From Octopus vulgaris (Eukaryota), in contig OX597816.1 in assembly GCA_951406725.2 (NCBI GenBank), positions 46,934,001-46,998,000 on the forward strand: a stretch of DNA of 64,000 bases, in the 5' to 3' direction. The notes below the pieces were generated by a model that worked only from the letters and a program-made list of their open reading frames with translations, was not told where the DNA came from and ran no database searches. Shown piece by piece: positions 28,484-42,718 of this stretch (position 1 is its first letter; every line of letters starts with the position of its first letter). Position numbers and translations under genes: made by a program.

Positions 28484-31400
28484 CATCATATATATGTATG
28501 TGTGTCTCTGTGTCATTGTGTCTGTTCACTGCCCCAAACTATTCCATGAAAACCCATCTTAGTTCGTTTACATTGTATAACTTAGTGGTTCATCAAAATA
28601 GCTAATACAATAAATATCAGGCATAAATAAATGAGTATTGGGGTTGATTTGTTCAACAAAAAGACCCTTCTAGGTGGTGCTCCAGCATGACTATAGCCTA
28701 ATGACTGAAACAAATAAAGATAAAAAATAAAAACAAGAATCTTCACCAATGCTAAACCTAGTATTTCTTGAATTCTTTATTTACTATTTCACTTGAAAAC
28801 AATCATAGGTATTTCATTCAATCAATTTAAATGAGAATAAATGCATAATTTAATGAGTTAAAATAATTAAAAAAAGAAAAAATACATAAGAAATTTACCT
28901 CAAATGTCTGCATTACTTTGAAACTACAAGCATCAATTTCTTCTTTGGTCTTTTCATCATCAGCAGAAACTGTTGATACTTTTACAGTATGATTTAGAGC
29001 ATAACTATATAGGGAGGAGTTGTGAGGTAAGAGAGCAATTAGAAATATTATATAGTATGAATATTTTTGAAAATAAATCCTTAAACTAATACATACATAC
29101 ATATGATGGCTACCCCCTCGTTATCGAGTATGGCCATTGCACAAAGCTTAACTGTTATTGATGCTGTGATCGAATGTGACTTTTTAGCCCAGCTAAAGAT
29201 CTACAGTCTTGTACAGAATTGGCAGCTAAAACCTTTACCAGCTTCATGTACCTTTGCATGTCGTTTAAGTCCTCTTGCCGAATTACACTCTCTTCCACAT
29301 GCCTGACAGATACGATTAGTATGGTGTGTTACACCACCACCAGTGGCCAGGTTGTCACTCATCAGTCTCGCTTTATGACTATGAAGATGACTCTTGAGTC
29401 CAGCTTTACTGAGGCAAGGTCTTGCACAGACACTGCATGCCATCTGGAAGTGTAACAGCGATGCCCTTCCTGACATCCCTCCTTACTTTCTCATGCACAA
29501 CTCGAGATTTCTCATACATACATACATACACACATATCATTGTGTGTGTACACTTGTCCTGACATCAAACAATGGTTGTAAATAAGCATCATTGTCACAC
29601 AAGCAATTAGTTAGTTCCCAGTTTTACGTGGTAAAGCATGCCTGGCCATGGAAGATATTACCTTGCTTGGAAGCAGATGCGGGTTGGTGACAGGAGAAGC
29701 ATCTATGCATAGAAAATCTGCCTCAATAAATTCCGTCTGACCCATACAAGCAAGGAAAAGTGGACATAAAATGATGTAAATGTGTGTGTGTGTGTTTGTG
29801 AGGGTGTGCATGTGTCTGTATGTGCATTGTTTGTGTTCACCCTTGTCATCAATCATCATTATAATCATCATCATCATCATCGTTTAACGTCCGTTTTCCA
29901 TACTAGCATGGGTTGGACGGTTTGACTGGGGTCTGGGAAGCCAGGAGGCTGCACCAGGCTCCAGTCTGATCTGGCAGTGTTTCTACAGCTGGATGCCCTA
30001 TCCTAGCGCCAACCACTCCATGAGTGTAGTGGCTGCTTTTTATGTGCCACTGGCACAGGGGCCAGAGGAGGCTGGCAATGGCCACGATTGGTTGGTGCTT
30101 TTTACGTACCACTTGACATTATTTGTTGGTTGCAAATGAGTAAAAGAGTCATGCAGGCAAGGTTGTATAACAACAAGAAGGACATTCAGCCATAAAAAAT
30201 CTGCCTCAACAAATTCCATCTGACCCATGCAAATATGGAAAATCAACCACTAACTGATGATGGTGGTGATGATGACAATGTACTTTGGAGTGATCCCTAA
30301 TATATAACTGGTACTATTATTTTTCATATGAGCCACTGAGATGAAAGATAAAAACTATCTCAGTGGAATATAAAATCAAGAGAGAACAATACTCAAATGT
30401 TTTCAACCCCCTATCCTATTAACTCACTAGTCTTGTTCATTCTTGCTTTATGGAATTTAATAACAGAAATTCAGTTCATTAAAACTAAGAAATACAGATG
30501 ATAAGAGGATTTTAAAGAAGAAATCAAAGTCTATTGAAATAATATGCTATAGATACCAATTAAAATCAAAAGAAATCACTGTCTGGTACCTGCAGTCTGG
30601 ATCGTAATGCATCATTGAATCATGAGTGGTTACAAAATTGGTTAGAAGTCCAAGAAAGATTATGTACAGGAGAAGATTGAAGATATAGATCCAACGGCCA
30701 TATGCATTCCTATCAAATTGATTAAAGAAAATGAAAAATACAATGTGAATTAGATGATAGATTAAGTGTGGGTTAGATGGTAGAATAAATATGAATTAGG
30801 TTGTGGATTGTGTGTGGGCTAGATGATGGCTTAGTTGGTGGATTAGATGGTGGATTAAGTATGGGTTAGATAGTGGATTAAGTGTGGGTTACATGGTGGA
30901 TTACGTATAGGTTAGATGGTGGATTAAGTATGGGTTAAATGATGGGTTGTGTGTGGATTAGACCATGGATTATATATGGATTAGATGGTGGATTGTGTGT
31001 GGGGTAGATGGTACATTATTTGTGGGTCAGATGGTGGATTAAGTGTGAATTATATGGAGGATTACGTGTGGACTAGTCAGTGAATTAAGGGCAGTTAAGT
31101 GTGGGTCAGATGGTAGATTAATTAATGTTCCTCAAATTTCAAGTTCAGATCTTGCTGTCAACCTTACATTGTATTTTTACAAGCCACTGAGAGAACCTCT
31201 ACATGATTTCTTAACCCGATAGAAATAATAATAATAATAATGAAATTATTGTATACAGTGCTCAGGTGCATCACAACTTGTCAGAGTATATGCAGTAATG
31301 TACAAATGTCTGGAAAGCAAACAATGCATGAGTCAGATACATGTTTGTGTATGTATGGAGGGGAGAAAATCAGGTGTAGTGTTGGCGAATCTCAGAAAGC

Positions 31401-32353
31401 ATGGAAGTTTTGAAGGATGCAGTGCTCTGACAACTAACAACTGATGCTGGCAGTTTGTTCCATGCTTCAGCAACTCTCAGCGTGAAAAAATGTTTCCTGA
31501 AGTCATGGGAGCTGTGCTGTTTTCTGACTTTGTAAATATGTCCACGGGTGTTAGATGGGTGGAGTTTGAAAAGGTGCTCAGAGTTATTGTTTGTATGATA
31601 GTTGATAATTTTATGTGTGTCTGCCACATAAAATTATCAACCATCGTACAAACAATAACTCTGAGCACCTTTTCAAACTCCACCCATCTAACACCCGTGG
31701 ACATATTTACAAAGTCAGAAAACAGAAAATAACAAAGAAATTCTTGTGATAACACCCATATGATCTTCCAAAGTGAGGGTGACACTTTACAATGTAGTTT
31801 TGGATATGGCGATGCCCAAGAGGCTGTTATGGCTGCATTCCTTGTCTTATAGATTCTGCTTAGTTGTTAAGGATGACTTGGGATTAAACAACAGCATCAT
31901 TGTGCTTTTGCATAAATTAGATTGCTCATTCATCTAAGCTGAAAAAAAAATCCTGAGGCCATCTTTTGTAAAGATAATATAGGGATTTGACAAATATTTG
32001 GTGTAGAAGCTGTTGTACAGTGCCCTAAAGCAGTATTTCTCAAAGTGAGTTCTATGGACCCCAAAAGTTCCATGAAAATATTCTGGGATTCTGTGTGATA
32101 AGGTACGTTTTTAAAAAAAAAATTAACAAAAATTAATTTTATGAAAAAATTGAAGTTGTCAATTTCAAAATAATAAATTATATTTATTTTTTTATATAAA
32201 TAAATACTCTTCTATATTAGATGTTTGTCTGTAAAATAAAGCCGTATAAGCTCTGTAATTTCTGAAAAAATTACATACAAGTTCCATGATAAAATAAGTT
32301 TAGGCACCACTGCCTTTGATCAAGAGTGCTAACTAGACTTTCTTTAGTTTGCC

Positions 32354-32385
<32 letters not shown>

Positions 32386-34614
32386 TTTTATAAAGATTGT
32401 TGTTCATATGCACCACATGAGAGATGACTGCACTGGTATGGTCATGTGATGTATATGGATGAGGACAGCTGTGTAAAAAAGTGCCAATCTCTAACTGTGG
32501 AGGGGAATTGTGGAAGAGTTAGACCCAGGAAGACATCGGATGAGGTGGTGAAGCTTGATCTTCAAACATTGGTGATGACAAGTGACCAAGACCTTTGGCA
32601 ATATGCTGTGCTTGAGAAGATTCATCAAGCCAAGTGAAATTTTAGTTGTGGCCAATGCCAGGGTCATATGACTGGCACCTAAAAACACCTATGCCAGTGG
32701 CATGTAAAGAGCACCCGTTACACTCTTGGAGTGGTTGGCATTAGGAAGGGCATCCAACCATAGAAGCCATGCCAAATCAGAATGAAACTTGGTTGCGACT
32801 CTCTGGCTTACTGGCTTTAGTCAAACTGTCTAACTCATGCCAGCATGGAAAGCAGATGCTAAACGATGATGACATAAATCTTCATGAAGGTAAATAGACA
32901 ATGAAAAGAATGTGACGCAATTTGTAATAGTTTATTTAACAGTTTGAACAATATTTCAGCAGCTTGTCTGTCTTCTCCAGGTTAATAATAATAAACAATC
33001 CTTCCTAGTGTAACAGGATGAAAGGTCTGTAACACATGAGGGGTGCAGGTCTCATCCCGTTACATTAAATTATTTGTTGAAGGAAAAGCCAAGACATCGA
33101 ATATCTTCAAGCAGCATAAATATTTTTTATTTCCTGGATTTGCAATAATATATATATATTGGCGTTAGGAAGGGCATCCAGCTGTAGAAACACTGCCAGA
33201 TCTGACTGGACTGGTGCAGCTTTCGGGCTCCCCAGACCCCAGTTGAACCGTCCAACCCATGCTAGCATGGAAAGCGGACGTTAAATGATGATGATGATGA
33301 TATATATATATATATATATATATATATCCTTCAGGGCGAACCGGTAGCCATGGAACTAGTCACAGTAGTTAAATGGTGTGAACCAAATCCTATTTTGTTC
33401 CAGCATAGTGTAGCTTCGCCACGTGGTGGCAGCTTAGTAGAGCTATGAGGACGCGTCCATTCAATTCGGTGTCAGCTTCAAGAGAGAGAACGATACACGG
33501 GAAGTTTAGCTGCTGGTAGTTCTCTGCGCATGCACATGAGGGGACTTCCGGCAGCCTCCCGGAAGAAATCCAACTCTGCGCATGCGTGCTGAAGACTTCC
33601 AAAATCGCGTCACTACACTAGTGTAGGCACAAAGCTTGAAATTTTGTGAGAGGGGCTAGTCTATTACATTGACCTCAGTACGCAACTGGTACTTTATTTT
33701 ATCAACCCTGAAATGATTAAGGGCAAAGTCAACCTTGGCAGGATTTGAACTCAGAATGTAAAGACGGGCTAAATGCCGCTAAGCATTTTGTCCGGCTTAC
33801 TAATGACTCTGCCAACTCATCCCTGCTTCTCTTCTTCCTTTACAACTCAGTTGCTAGCAATCCAGCTGTAAAAAAATTAATCCAACAAGTGATTCATCTT
33901 CCCCCAGGGAAAGACAGATATAAAACAAAAAACATAATATGAAAAGAAAACAACTATGTTTCAAACAAAAATGTAAATATTTACCATTTCATTTTAAGAA
34001 AGTTTTCACAAACAGGATGTGAAAGTAAATCTTCTCTTCCAAGTTTTGCCATCATCTTTTGGAAGATATATAAAAAAATTATGTGATTAGTCATTTGTCA
34101 TTTGAAATAATATTTTCATTACTTTTAGTAAATGAAGTTACATTAGTCGTTTTTGGTTCTAATTTGTTGAATGGAAAGTATTTTTATATTTATTCACACA
34201 CACACATACAAGCGTACACATAGATGCTCATACATGCATGCACACCCATACACACACAAATATTAAAAAATGGTTGATAGATAGATAGATAGGTAAATAG
34301 ATAGATAGATGATAGACAGATGGACAAATGGATGGATGGGCAGACAGATGGACAGACAGATGGACAGACAGACAGATGAATAAATGGATGGATGAACAAA
34401 CAGAGAGACAGACAGACAGACAGAGAGATAGTCAGACAGATAGACAGACAGACAGAGAGATAGTCAGACAGACAGATAGATAGATAGACAGTCAGACAGA
34501 CAGATAGATAGATAGACAGTCAGACAGACAGATGAACGGATGGATGGACAGAGACAGATAGAGAGGTAGTCAGATAGACAGACAGATTAAATAGTTAGAG
34601 AGCTAGATAGATAA

Positions 34615-34657
<43 letters not shown>

Positions 34658-35610
34658 GAGAGATAGATAGAGTGCTTGTCTCTACTTCTCTACAATAGTT
34701 TCATGCTAGTATCCAGGAATTTGGACATGGTGATGTTTTATCAAACTTTTGTCATAGGAGGCAATGACAAGCGACTGAGGCCTTTGGACATATGCTGTGC
34801 TTGAGAAGACTTAGCAAGCCAAGTGAGACCGTAGCCATGGCCTATGCCAGTGTTGCATAACCGGCCCATTTAAGAGTACCCTTCAATCATTGGGCAATAT
34901 ACTGTGCTTGAGAAAACCTGTTGAATCAAGTGAAATCATTATCGTGGTCGATGCCAGTACTGCCTGACTGGCACCCATGCCAGTGGCATGTAAAAAGCTC
35001 CATACGAGCATGGTTGATGCCAGTGCCACTTGACTGGCTCCCATGCCAGTGACATGTAAAAAGCACCATACAAGTGTGGTTGATGCCAGTGCGGTCTGAT
35101 GGGCTCCCGTGCCGGTGGCATATAAAAAGCATCATTCGAGCATGGTCGTTGCCAGTGCCACCTGACTAGCTCAGATACCGGTGGCACGTAAAAAGCACCC
35201 TTTGATTGTGGTTGATGCCAGTACCACCTAACTGGCTCCCATGCCGGTGACATGTAAAAAGAACCCACTACACTCTCAGAGTGGTTGGCGTCAGGAAGGG
35301 CATCCAGCTGTAGAAACCTTGCCAGATCAGATTGGAACTTGGTGCAGCCTCCTGGCTTGCCAGTCGTCAGTCAAACCGTCCAACCCATGGAAAGTGGACA
35401 TTAAATGATGATGATGTGTTGAAGCAAAAGACAAGATAACAGATAATATTTATAAATCTAGACCCTGTAGGCGGAAAAAAAATGCTGAATCTGTAGCAGA
35501 TTGATGTTACTGGAGATGATGGAATACATATAATCAGGAGAAGAAGAAGAAGACGACGAAGAAAAAAAAAGAAGAAGAAGAAGAAGAAGAAGAAGAAGAA
35601 GAAGAAGAAG

Positions 35611-35642
<32 letters not shown>

Positions 35643-38600
35643 AAACAACAAAAACAGAAAGAAGAGAAATGAAGAAAGGAACAAGAGTGGAGGAGAAAAG
35701 GTGAAAAAAAATTGAAAGAATTAATAAAGAAGGGAAAAAAATTGATTTATAGAAGCTTCTATCAATGATAATTTGATGAATTAAAAAATAGCAATATCTA
35801 CTTACGACTAAGCAGGATAAAGGCCCAAAGCTCTCTTTCTGGGCTGGCTTCTTCTTGTGGTAAATTGCTGGATGTTGCATGTGTTTGAAGTTAAATTCAA
35901 TCTTGAAATATTAAAAGGTGGGGGAAAAAAAAACCAACAATGAAACAACAATAAAAATCATTGATTTCTCAGATTGGCACACAGCTAGAAATTTTCAACG
36001 AAGGTATAATTAAGTAATTCAACTTCAATATATGACCGGTATTTATTTCAAACTAATGAGTGACCTCTATATGATTAGAGAATCTTTTAAAATTTCCCTC
36101 AAATCACACTTGCATCATTATCATTATCTGTTTTCCATGCTGGTACGGGTTGGATGGTTTGACAGGAGCCGGCAAGCCAAAGGACTATGCCAGGTTCCAT
36201 TGTCTGCTTTGGTATGGTTTCAATTGTTGGATGCCCTTCCTAATGCAATTACTTTACAGAGTGTACTGGGTACTTTTTACATGACACCAGCACTGGTCCT
36301 TTTTATATGGCATCTTTAGTTCCTGAAGCACCATAAGAGGAAACAAAGTATATTTTGTTGGACTAATGGCTGTGGATGAAATATATATCATACATACATA
36401 AATACACACACACACACACGCAAACACATATGTATATTATGAGGCAATTTGGCCTCATGGAGGCAATGATGAAAGACCGAGATCTCTGGAGATATGCTGT
36501 GACTGCGAAGACCCGACAAATAACGTGAGTTCATGGCTGTTTCCTGCACCAGCTTCACATAGCAGCCCCAGCCCATCCAAAGTATCTTAGATTGCAGGAC
36601 GGCCTGCTGTGCTTACCTTGGATCATAGGGCGACCTGCTGTGCTTGAGGAGACATATTGAGTTAAGTACATCAACATCAAAATAAAAATTAAATGGAAAT
36701 TGTAGGTGTGATACCCTTGCCGGTGGCACATAAAAAGCACCATCTGAACATGGCTGATGCCAGTGCCACCTTGACTGGCTTTTGTGCCGGTGGCTCATAA
36801 AAAGCACCAACTGATCGTGGCCGTTGCCAGCCTCCCCTGGCACCTGTGTCAGTAGCACGTAAAAAGCACCCACTACACTCACAGAGTTGTTGGCATTAGG
36901 AAGGGTAGCCAGCTGTAGAAACACTGCCAGATCAGACTGGAGCCTGATGCAGCCTCCTGGCTTTCCAGACCCCGGTTGAACTGTCCAACCCATGCTAGCA
37001 TGGAAAATGGACGTTAAACGATGATGATGATGTGTGTGTGTGCATATTAGTCACAGCCTTACATTATATTGCACAAATATATGATAAAATGAAATTAAAG
37101 CAAAATATTACTGGTATCTTTTTTTTTTTATCTGCAGCAGGCATGAAAGACAAATCTAAATCAGTCAGTTTCAACTCTCTTAAACAATGCAACAAATGAA
37201 GTACCACTGTGTTGTTGAAGATTGAATCTTTGGATTCATATCTACTACACACCAAGAAATCTTAAAAAACACATTGAAATTTATAAGTAGCTATTAATGT
37301 GTAAAGCATGAGGAGAGAATTTATTGAGAATTGAAGTCACATTGCACAAAACACCATCATCCTTCAGTATGGTTGAACAACCAATCTCAACCAGTTAGGA
37401 TCCACAGTTTGCATTATACTGTTCATCTTTTTGACCCCTGAGTGCAAAACATGACTCACAAAACCCCTGTTTGGGTGATTTTACATGATTTTGAATGCAT
37501 TACTTTCTGGAAACATATTACCATTCTTATAGCACAGTTATTAAATGATTCAAATCATGGACTTAAAATGTATCCATCAAACAATAGTTATTTTAAGTTC
37601 TAATGACTTATAGAACAAATGTAATGAACCAACTTTATCATGATATAAAGACATAAAACTTACATAAAAATGATAGCTCTTTGGTTGATGACTTGAAGAA
37701 GTCTGGCATCGATCTAAGACAGCCTAGAAGGATAAATTCAAATAATGTAGTAAAGAATAAAAACATAGAACCATAGTTTTGCAGTGTATATCTTCTAGGC
37801 ATGGCTATAGTGTTAAGAAGTTTGCTTTGCAACCATATGGTTTCAGGTTCAGTCCCACTATGTAGCACCTTGGGCATGTGTCTTCTTCTATAGTCCTGTG
37901 TTGAAATGATTTGTCAATAGAGGAGAGAGAGTAAGACGATTACAGTGACCATAGTCTTCAATTGACATTATTTTATTGATCTTGTAAAGAGAAAAGGCAA
38001 AGTTGATCTTGGTGCTATTTGAACTTAGAATGTGAAGACATGAAATGTTACTAAGTGTTTTGTCTGGAATGCTAACAGTTCTGCCAGCTTGCCACCTCTA
38101 AACTGTTAAATGATACTGATTGATGACCCCCATCCTGTGGAAACTACAGTTAGATAAACAGGAACAATTTGAAAATTGTCTTTACCTCAAATATGTTGCA
38201 GTGCAAACCATAATATGTATATGATGACATGTCATCTGGTTTACTGATGCTCAACCAAGCCAGCCATCTGTTCTTTGAAATCCTAAATCAATAATTCTCA
38301 ATAAGTGTTATTGTATTTGATGGCACATAAATACAGTGACCGAGCGAAGGAACAAGCAGGGCCTCTACTTTCGTGGACAAAACCACATGTCCAGGGGGTG
38401 AATCCATCAGCCTGCGGGATTGGCTGCAAACCCTTCGATGCACGGATCATAACCTCACATAAATAGCTGTGGTGCACCTGAGCAGTTGTGGTGTACCTGA
38501 GCACTATATACAATAATTTCATTATTATTATCATTTCATTATTATTATAAGACAAACATTTAAAAAAGCAAGTCTCAAAACAATACTTGAAATATATGAA

Positions 38601-41450
38601 ATTGGGCCTATTATTATATGGCTTTAATACACAAAAAACTTTTTTTCCTGAATATGCACAACTGAAATTAGTGTGCATCTAATATACCCATATGTCTTTA
38701 ATACCATTAAATATAGATTTTATATTTACTACATAAATCTTCTAGTGATTGATTCATGACAAAATATATTTAAAACCATCAAAATCTTTTCATAGCTGTG
38801 TAGGTCTTCATTTTTCATAACCTTTAATTTCTTATAGCTTCTCATCTTCAATATTCTTATATGATATTACAAAATCTACATTCATCTTTCCACTATGAGA
38901 TCATGTAAACATTATGTTATAAAACTTGATTTTAATTAAGATTAATAAGGTTCAAATCATTCCCATCTTTTTAGGGATTGTAGATATATGAGGGGTTACT
39001 GAAAAGTTCCTGGCTTTAAGGGTATCGCAAAAGTCTAGGTTGGAGGCCCAACTTTCTGAGTTCTCTTACAGGGCTTAGGAAAACTGAAGGACCACTGCAA
39101 CAAGTGTGTGAATCTGTGTTGGATCTATGCTGGATAAAACTATAATTAACTGATCTTCCTGTATTTTCTTTTACCCAAAGCCAGGAACTTTTTAGCAGCC
39201 CCTCATATGTATATTTATAGTTGTACATGTATTTACAGTTCCATCATATCATAAGAAAAAGGTAGACAATGAAATTAGTACCAAATGAAGTAGCCCAGTA
39301 AGAATTATTGGTTTGTTGAAGATTACCCACATGGTAATTGACTCAATTTGAGTGTTATAATTAACATAATTTTATGCTTAGCAACTGGAATCAGTCTGTG
39401 ACATATATGAGAATATTACTTATAATAATAATAATAATAATAATAATATAACAGTGAATGATAACAAAATAGCACTAAATGATATGGATTAGTTGAGAGT
39501 CATAAATGAAACTGACTTGCTCACCATACAAACTTCAGGAAGTTGTCGAACAAGGCCAATCATTGGCCAGCCATATAACACAGAATATAGCTCCATACAT
39601 TCCTCCCATCTGTAAAATATCAATAACAATAACAACAATAATTGTTTCAAATTTTGGCATAAGGTTAACAGTTTTAGGGGGTGGGGTAGTTGATTGCATC
39701 AACCCCAGTACTTGACTGGTACTTTTATTTTATCAACCCTAAAAGGATGAATGTCTGTGTGTTTAAGGAGTTTGCTTTGAAACCATATAGTTCCAAAGGA
39801 TGTGTGACTCAGGAGTGCATGAGTAGGGATGATGCCAGTTCTGAGTATCAGTGGCCACTAATCTATGTAGAAAAAATAAACAGAAATAATATAGTATGAC
39901 TCTGAACCAGATGTATGTTGATGATCAACTTCATGTTAATCAGATGGTAGGTTGTTCTTCTTTAGAATGCATGGTGCATTAAAGAGCTACCTAGAAAATA
40001 TTACATGGTGGGGAAAAAAGAATGATATTAGTCCTTCACTAATATCATTTTTATTTCGGCAAGTATGAGAGTCAAGTCTGAACAGGTTTTAATCATGGTA
40101 TGCTCTCATTATCAAAGTATAGGCTTCACTGTACTTTTCAAAGTAATAAAGTAATTGTACAATTATTGTAATGTAAGGGCTGTTGAGGGAGGGGCAGAGG
40201 CATAGGGCCAGTGAATGGCCAAGGGGTCTTGCTGTAAGGAGAGGAGTGAGGGAGGCCATGTGAGCAGAAGGATGACTAGTGTGGGCCTCTTTTGCTTTGG
40301 ATCTGTTGCTCACAGTGGATGTGGTGACTGTGTGAGTTCAGGGAGTTTGCTGTTAGATTCTGGCTAGAGGTTAGACAGATAAGGCTCCTACAGATATATC
40401 TCAGCTGGAAAGGATCAATGTTACATGTAAACTCACAAGTTAGGTGAACTTTTTCCCCCCATTACACGTATAATAAAACTGTTCAATAAATAAATAATTC
40501 AGAGGTACATCTACATTAAAAAATAATAAATCTTAAGTTAGATTTAAACATATTTAGGTCTTCCTGCATGATGAGATGTATAAGGCAACAAACTTTCTCC
40601 ATTGTGGCTGATCTAACACAGTTCTTGTTGTACCTGTCCAACCAATCACTATGCATTTAAGGTCCTCCTGGAATTTCCAGCACAGGTGTTCTTAATAGGT
40701 GCTTTTCTTGTTTTCCTTCTTTCAGTGTGCATTTTTCTGCAGTCTTTGCATCCTGAATGGCTGGCAGACCCAAAATATGACCTGCTAGATGAAACCAACA
40801 CAATACCATGGTGTTTTGCAGTGATTGGGATTCTCTTTGAAAAAGGATTTCCTCATTTGTAATTCTATCTCACAAGTGACTTTGCAAATTCTTTGCATGG
40901 ATCATTGATACTTCTTGACTAACTTCACTCTCATTTTCTAAGTTTCACTGCCACAGAGAACCATTGGTAGAACTATTGTACTATAAAATTGTACCTTCAC
41001 TATTCTAGAATACAGCCCCTGTTTTGAAAATTATACAATTCACATTACATCCTATTTACAGAAAGCGCTGTAAAGAATAGAAGAGTCAAGTTAATATTAG
41101 CATATTCAATGGAGGCTAACAAGAAACATTTGCATAGCAATGAAGAAAGAAACAAAAAAGTTTTTACCTTTCATGTAAAACTACTGTCATTGCTGCATCA
41201 TGATGTTTGTTATAAATAATGTAATCAAAAAAGGTTTTCTCTTCATTATTGGAATCAAGTTTGGCTCTGAGAGTTAACAGAACGTTTACCATTGCTGCAT
41301 GCCCTTCAGCAGCAGTGACATGAAGGGGTGTATCCTAAAAACAAAAATTTAAGTCATTGATATTTCATTGTGCATTTGTGTGTAGTGCATTTTATATATA
41401 TATCATCATCGTCGTTTAACGTCCGTTCTCCATGCTAGCATGGGTTGGAC

Positions 41451-41510
<60 letters not shown>

Positions 41511-42636
41511 TGTGTTTTAATCTCTACCTGATCGGCTTGAAGAATTGTTAAGATATTTCTTAACAAGTAAACAATCGTAGCCTTAATACACAAATACAGA
41601 ATCTTTATCCACCAATGCATATATCTAGTATATATAAATCACAGTATGTGTGTGTATATTGACTAACGTATGCATTTCCACAATTCTCAACTGATTTTCA
41701 CCAAACTTTATACACACATTAATTATGTGCCAAGGATGGCCATGCATTTTGCCCAGAGTTCCAGTGTAAAAGGACAAACAAGGAAAAACGGTGGTTTACA
41801 TGGGCTTTTCTCTAATTCCTTGCATTATTCTTTTATTCTTTTACTTGTTTCAGTCATTTGACTGCAGCAATATTGGAGCACCGCCTTTAGTTGAACAAAT
41901 CGAGCCCAGGACTTATTTTTTGTAAGCCTAGTACTTATTCTATCAGTTTCTTTTGCTGAACCACTAAGTTACAGGGATGTACACACACCAGCATCAGTTG
42001 TCAAGTGATGGTAGGAGGGCAAACACAGACACACAAGCACACACACAACACACACACACACAGACACATACACACACACACATATGCATATGACAGGCTT
42101 CTTTCAGTTCCCATCTACCAAATCCACTCACAAGGCTTTGGTTGGCTGAAGGCTATAGTAAAAGACACTTGCCCAAGGTGCCACACAGTGGGACTCAATC
42201 TGTAACCATGTGGTTGGTAAGCAAGCTACTTACTACACAGCCACTCCTGTACCTATGTACATAGTTTTTTCGTATGTAGGGTCTTCCATACTTTTTTTAA
42301 TCTATATGGTCATATATTATATCATTAGAGAATATTTTTAGTGGTTTTCACATTTTTTGATTTATTATTTATTTGTATGTTGTAATTGTGCATTATTACT
42401 TTCTATTTTTTTAAAATATGTGTATTGGTGTGTATTGTTTGAGGGTTTTGGCTAGAGAATATTACAAAAGTGAAAGGATTTTGTCTTTATATTTATTTCG
42501 ACTGTTTCCCATACTTTTTAATCTATATGGTCGTATATTTGCATTACAGAATATTTTTTTTTAGTTGTTTTTACATTATTTTGATGTATTATTTATTTAT
42601 ATGTTAAACCGTCCAAAGGACAGCTGCGTTTGCTAG

Positions 42637-42718
<82 letters not shown>

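Noticed and set aside
29201-29476. Host C2H2 zinc-finger gene
   Set aside because: Frameshifted, no TGEKP linkers, flanked by RTE C-terminal motif and 3'UTR; treated as a LINE fragment.
30753-31120. Interstitial telomere
   Set aside because: GGGTTA occurs only within a roughly 22-bp unit, not as (TTAGGG)n.
34945-35270. CRISPR-like regularly spaced repeats
   Set aside because: Whole units are mutually similar with no unique spacers, they lie in an RTE 3'UTR of a eukaryote, and no cas genes are present.
37205-37260. Exon-like segment with aag/gtac ends
   Set aside because: 56 nt would break frame between phase-0 exons 10 and 11; no TRPA similarity.
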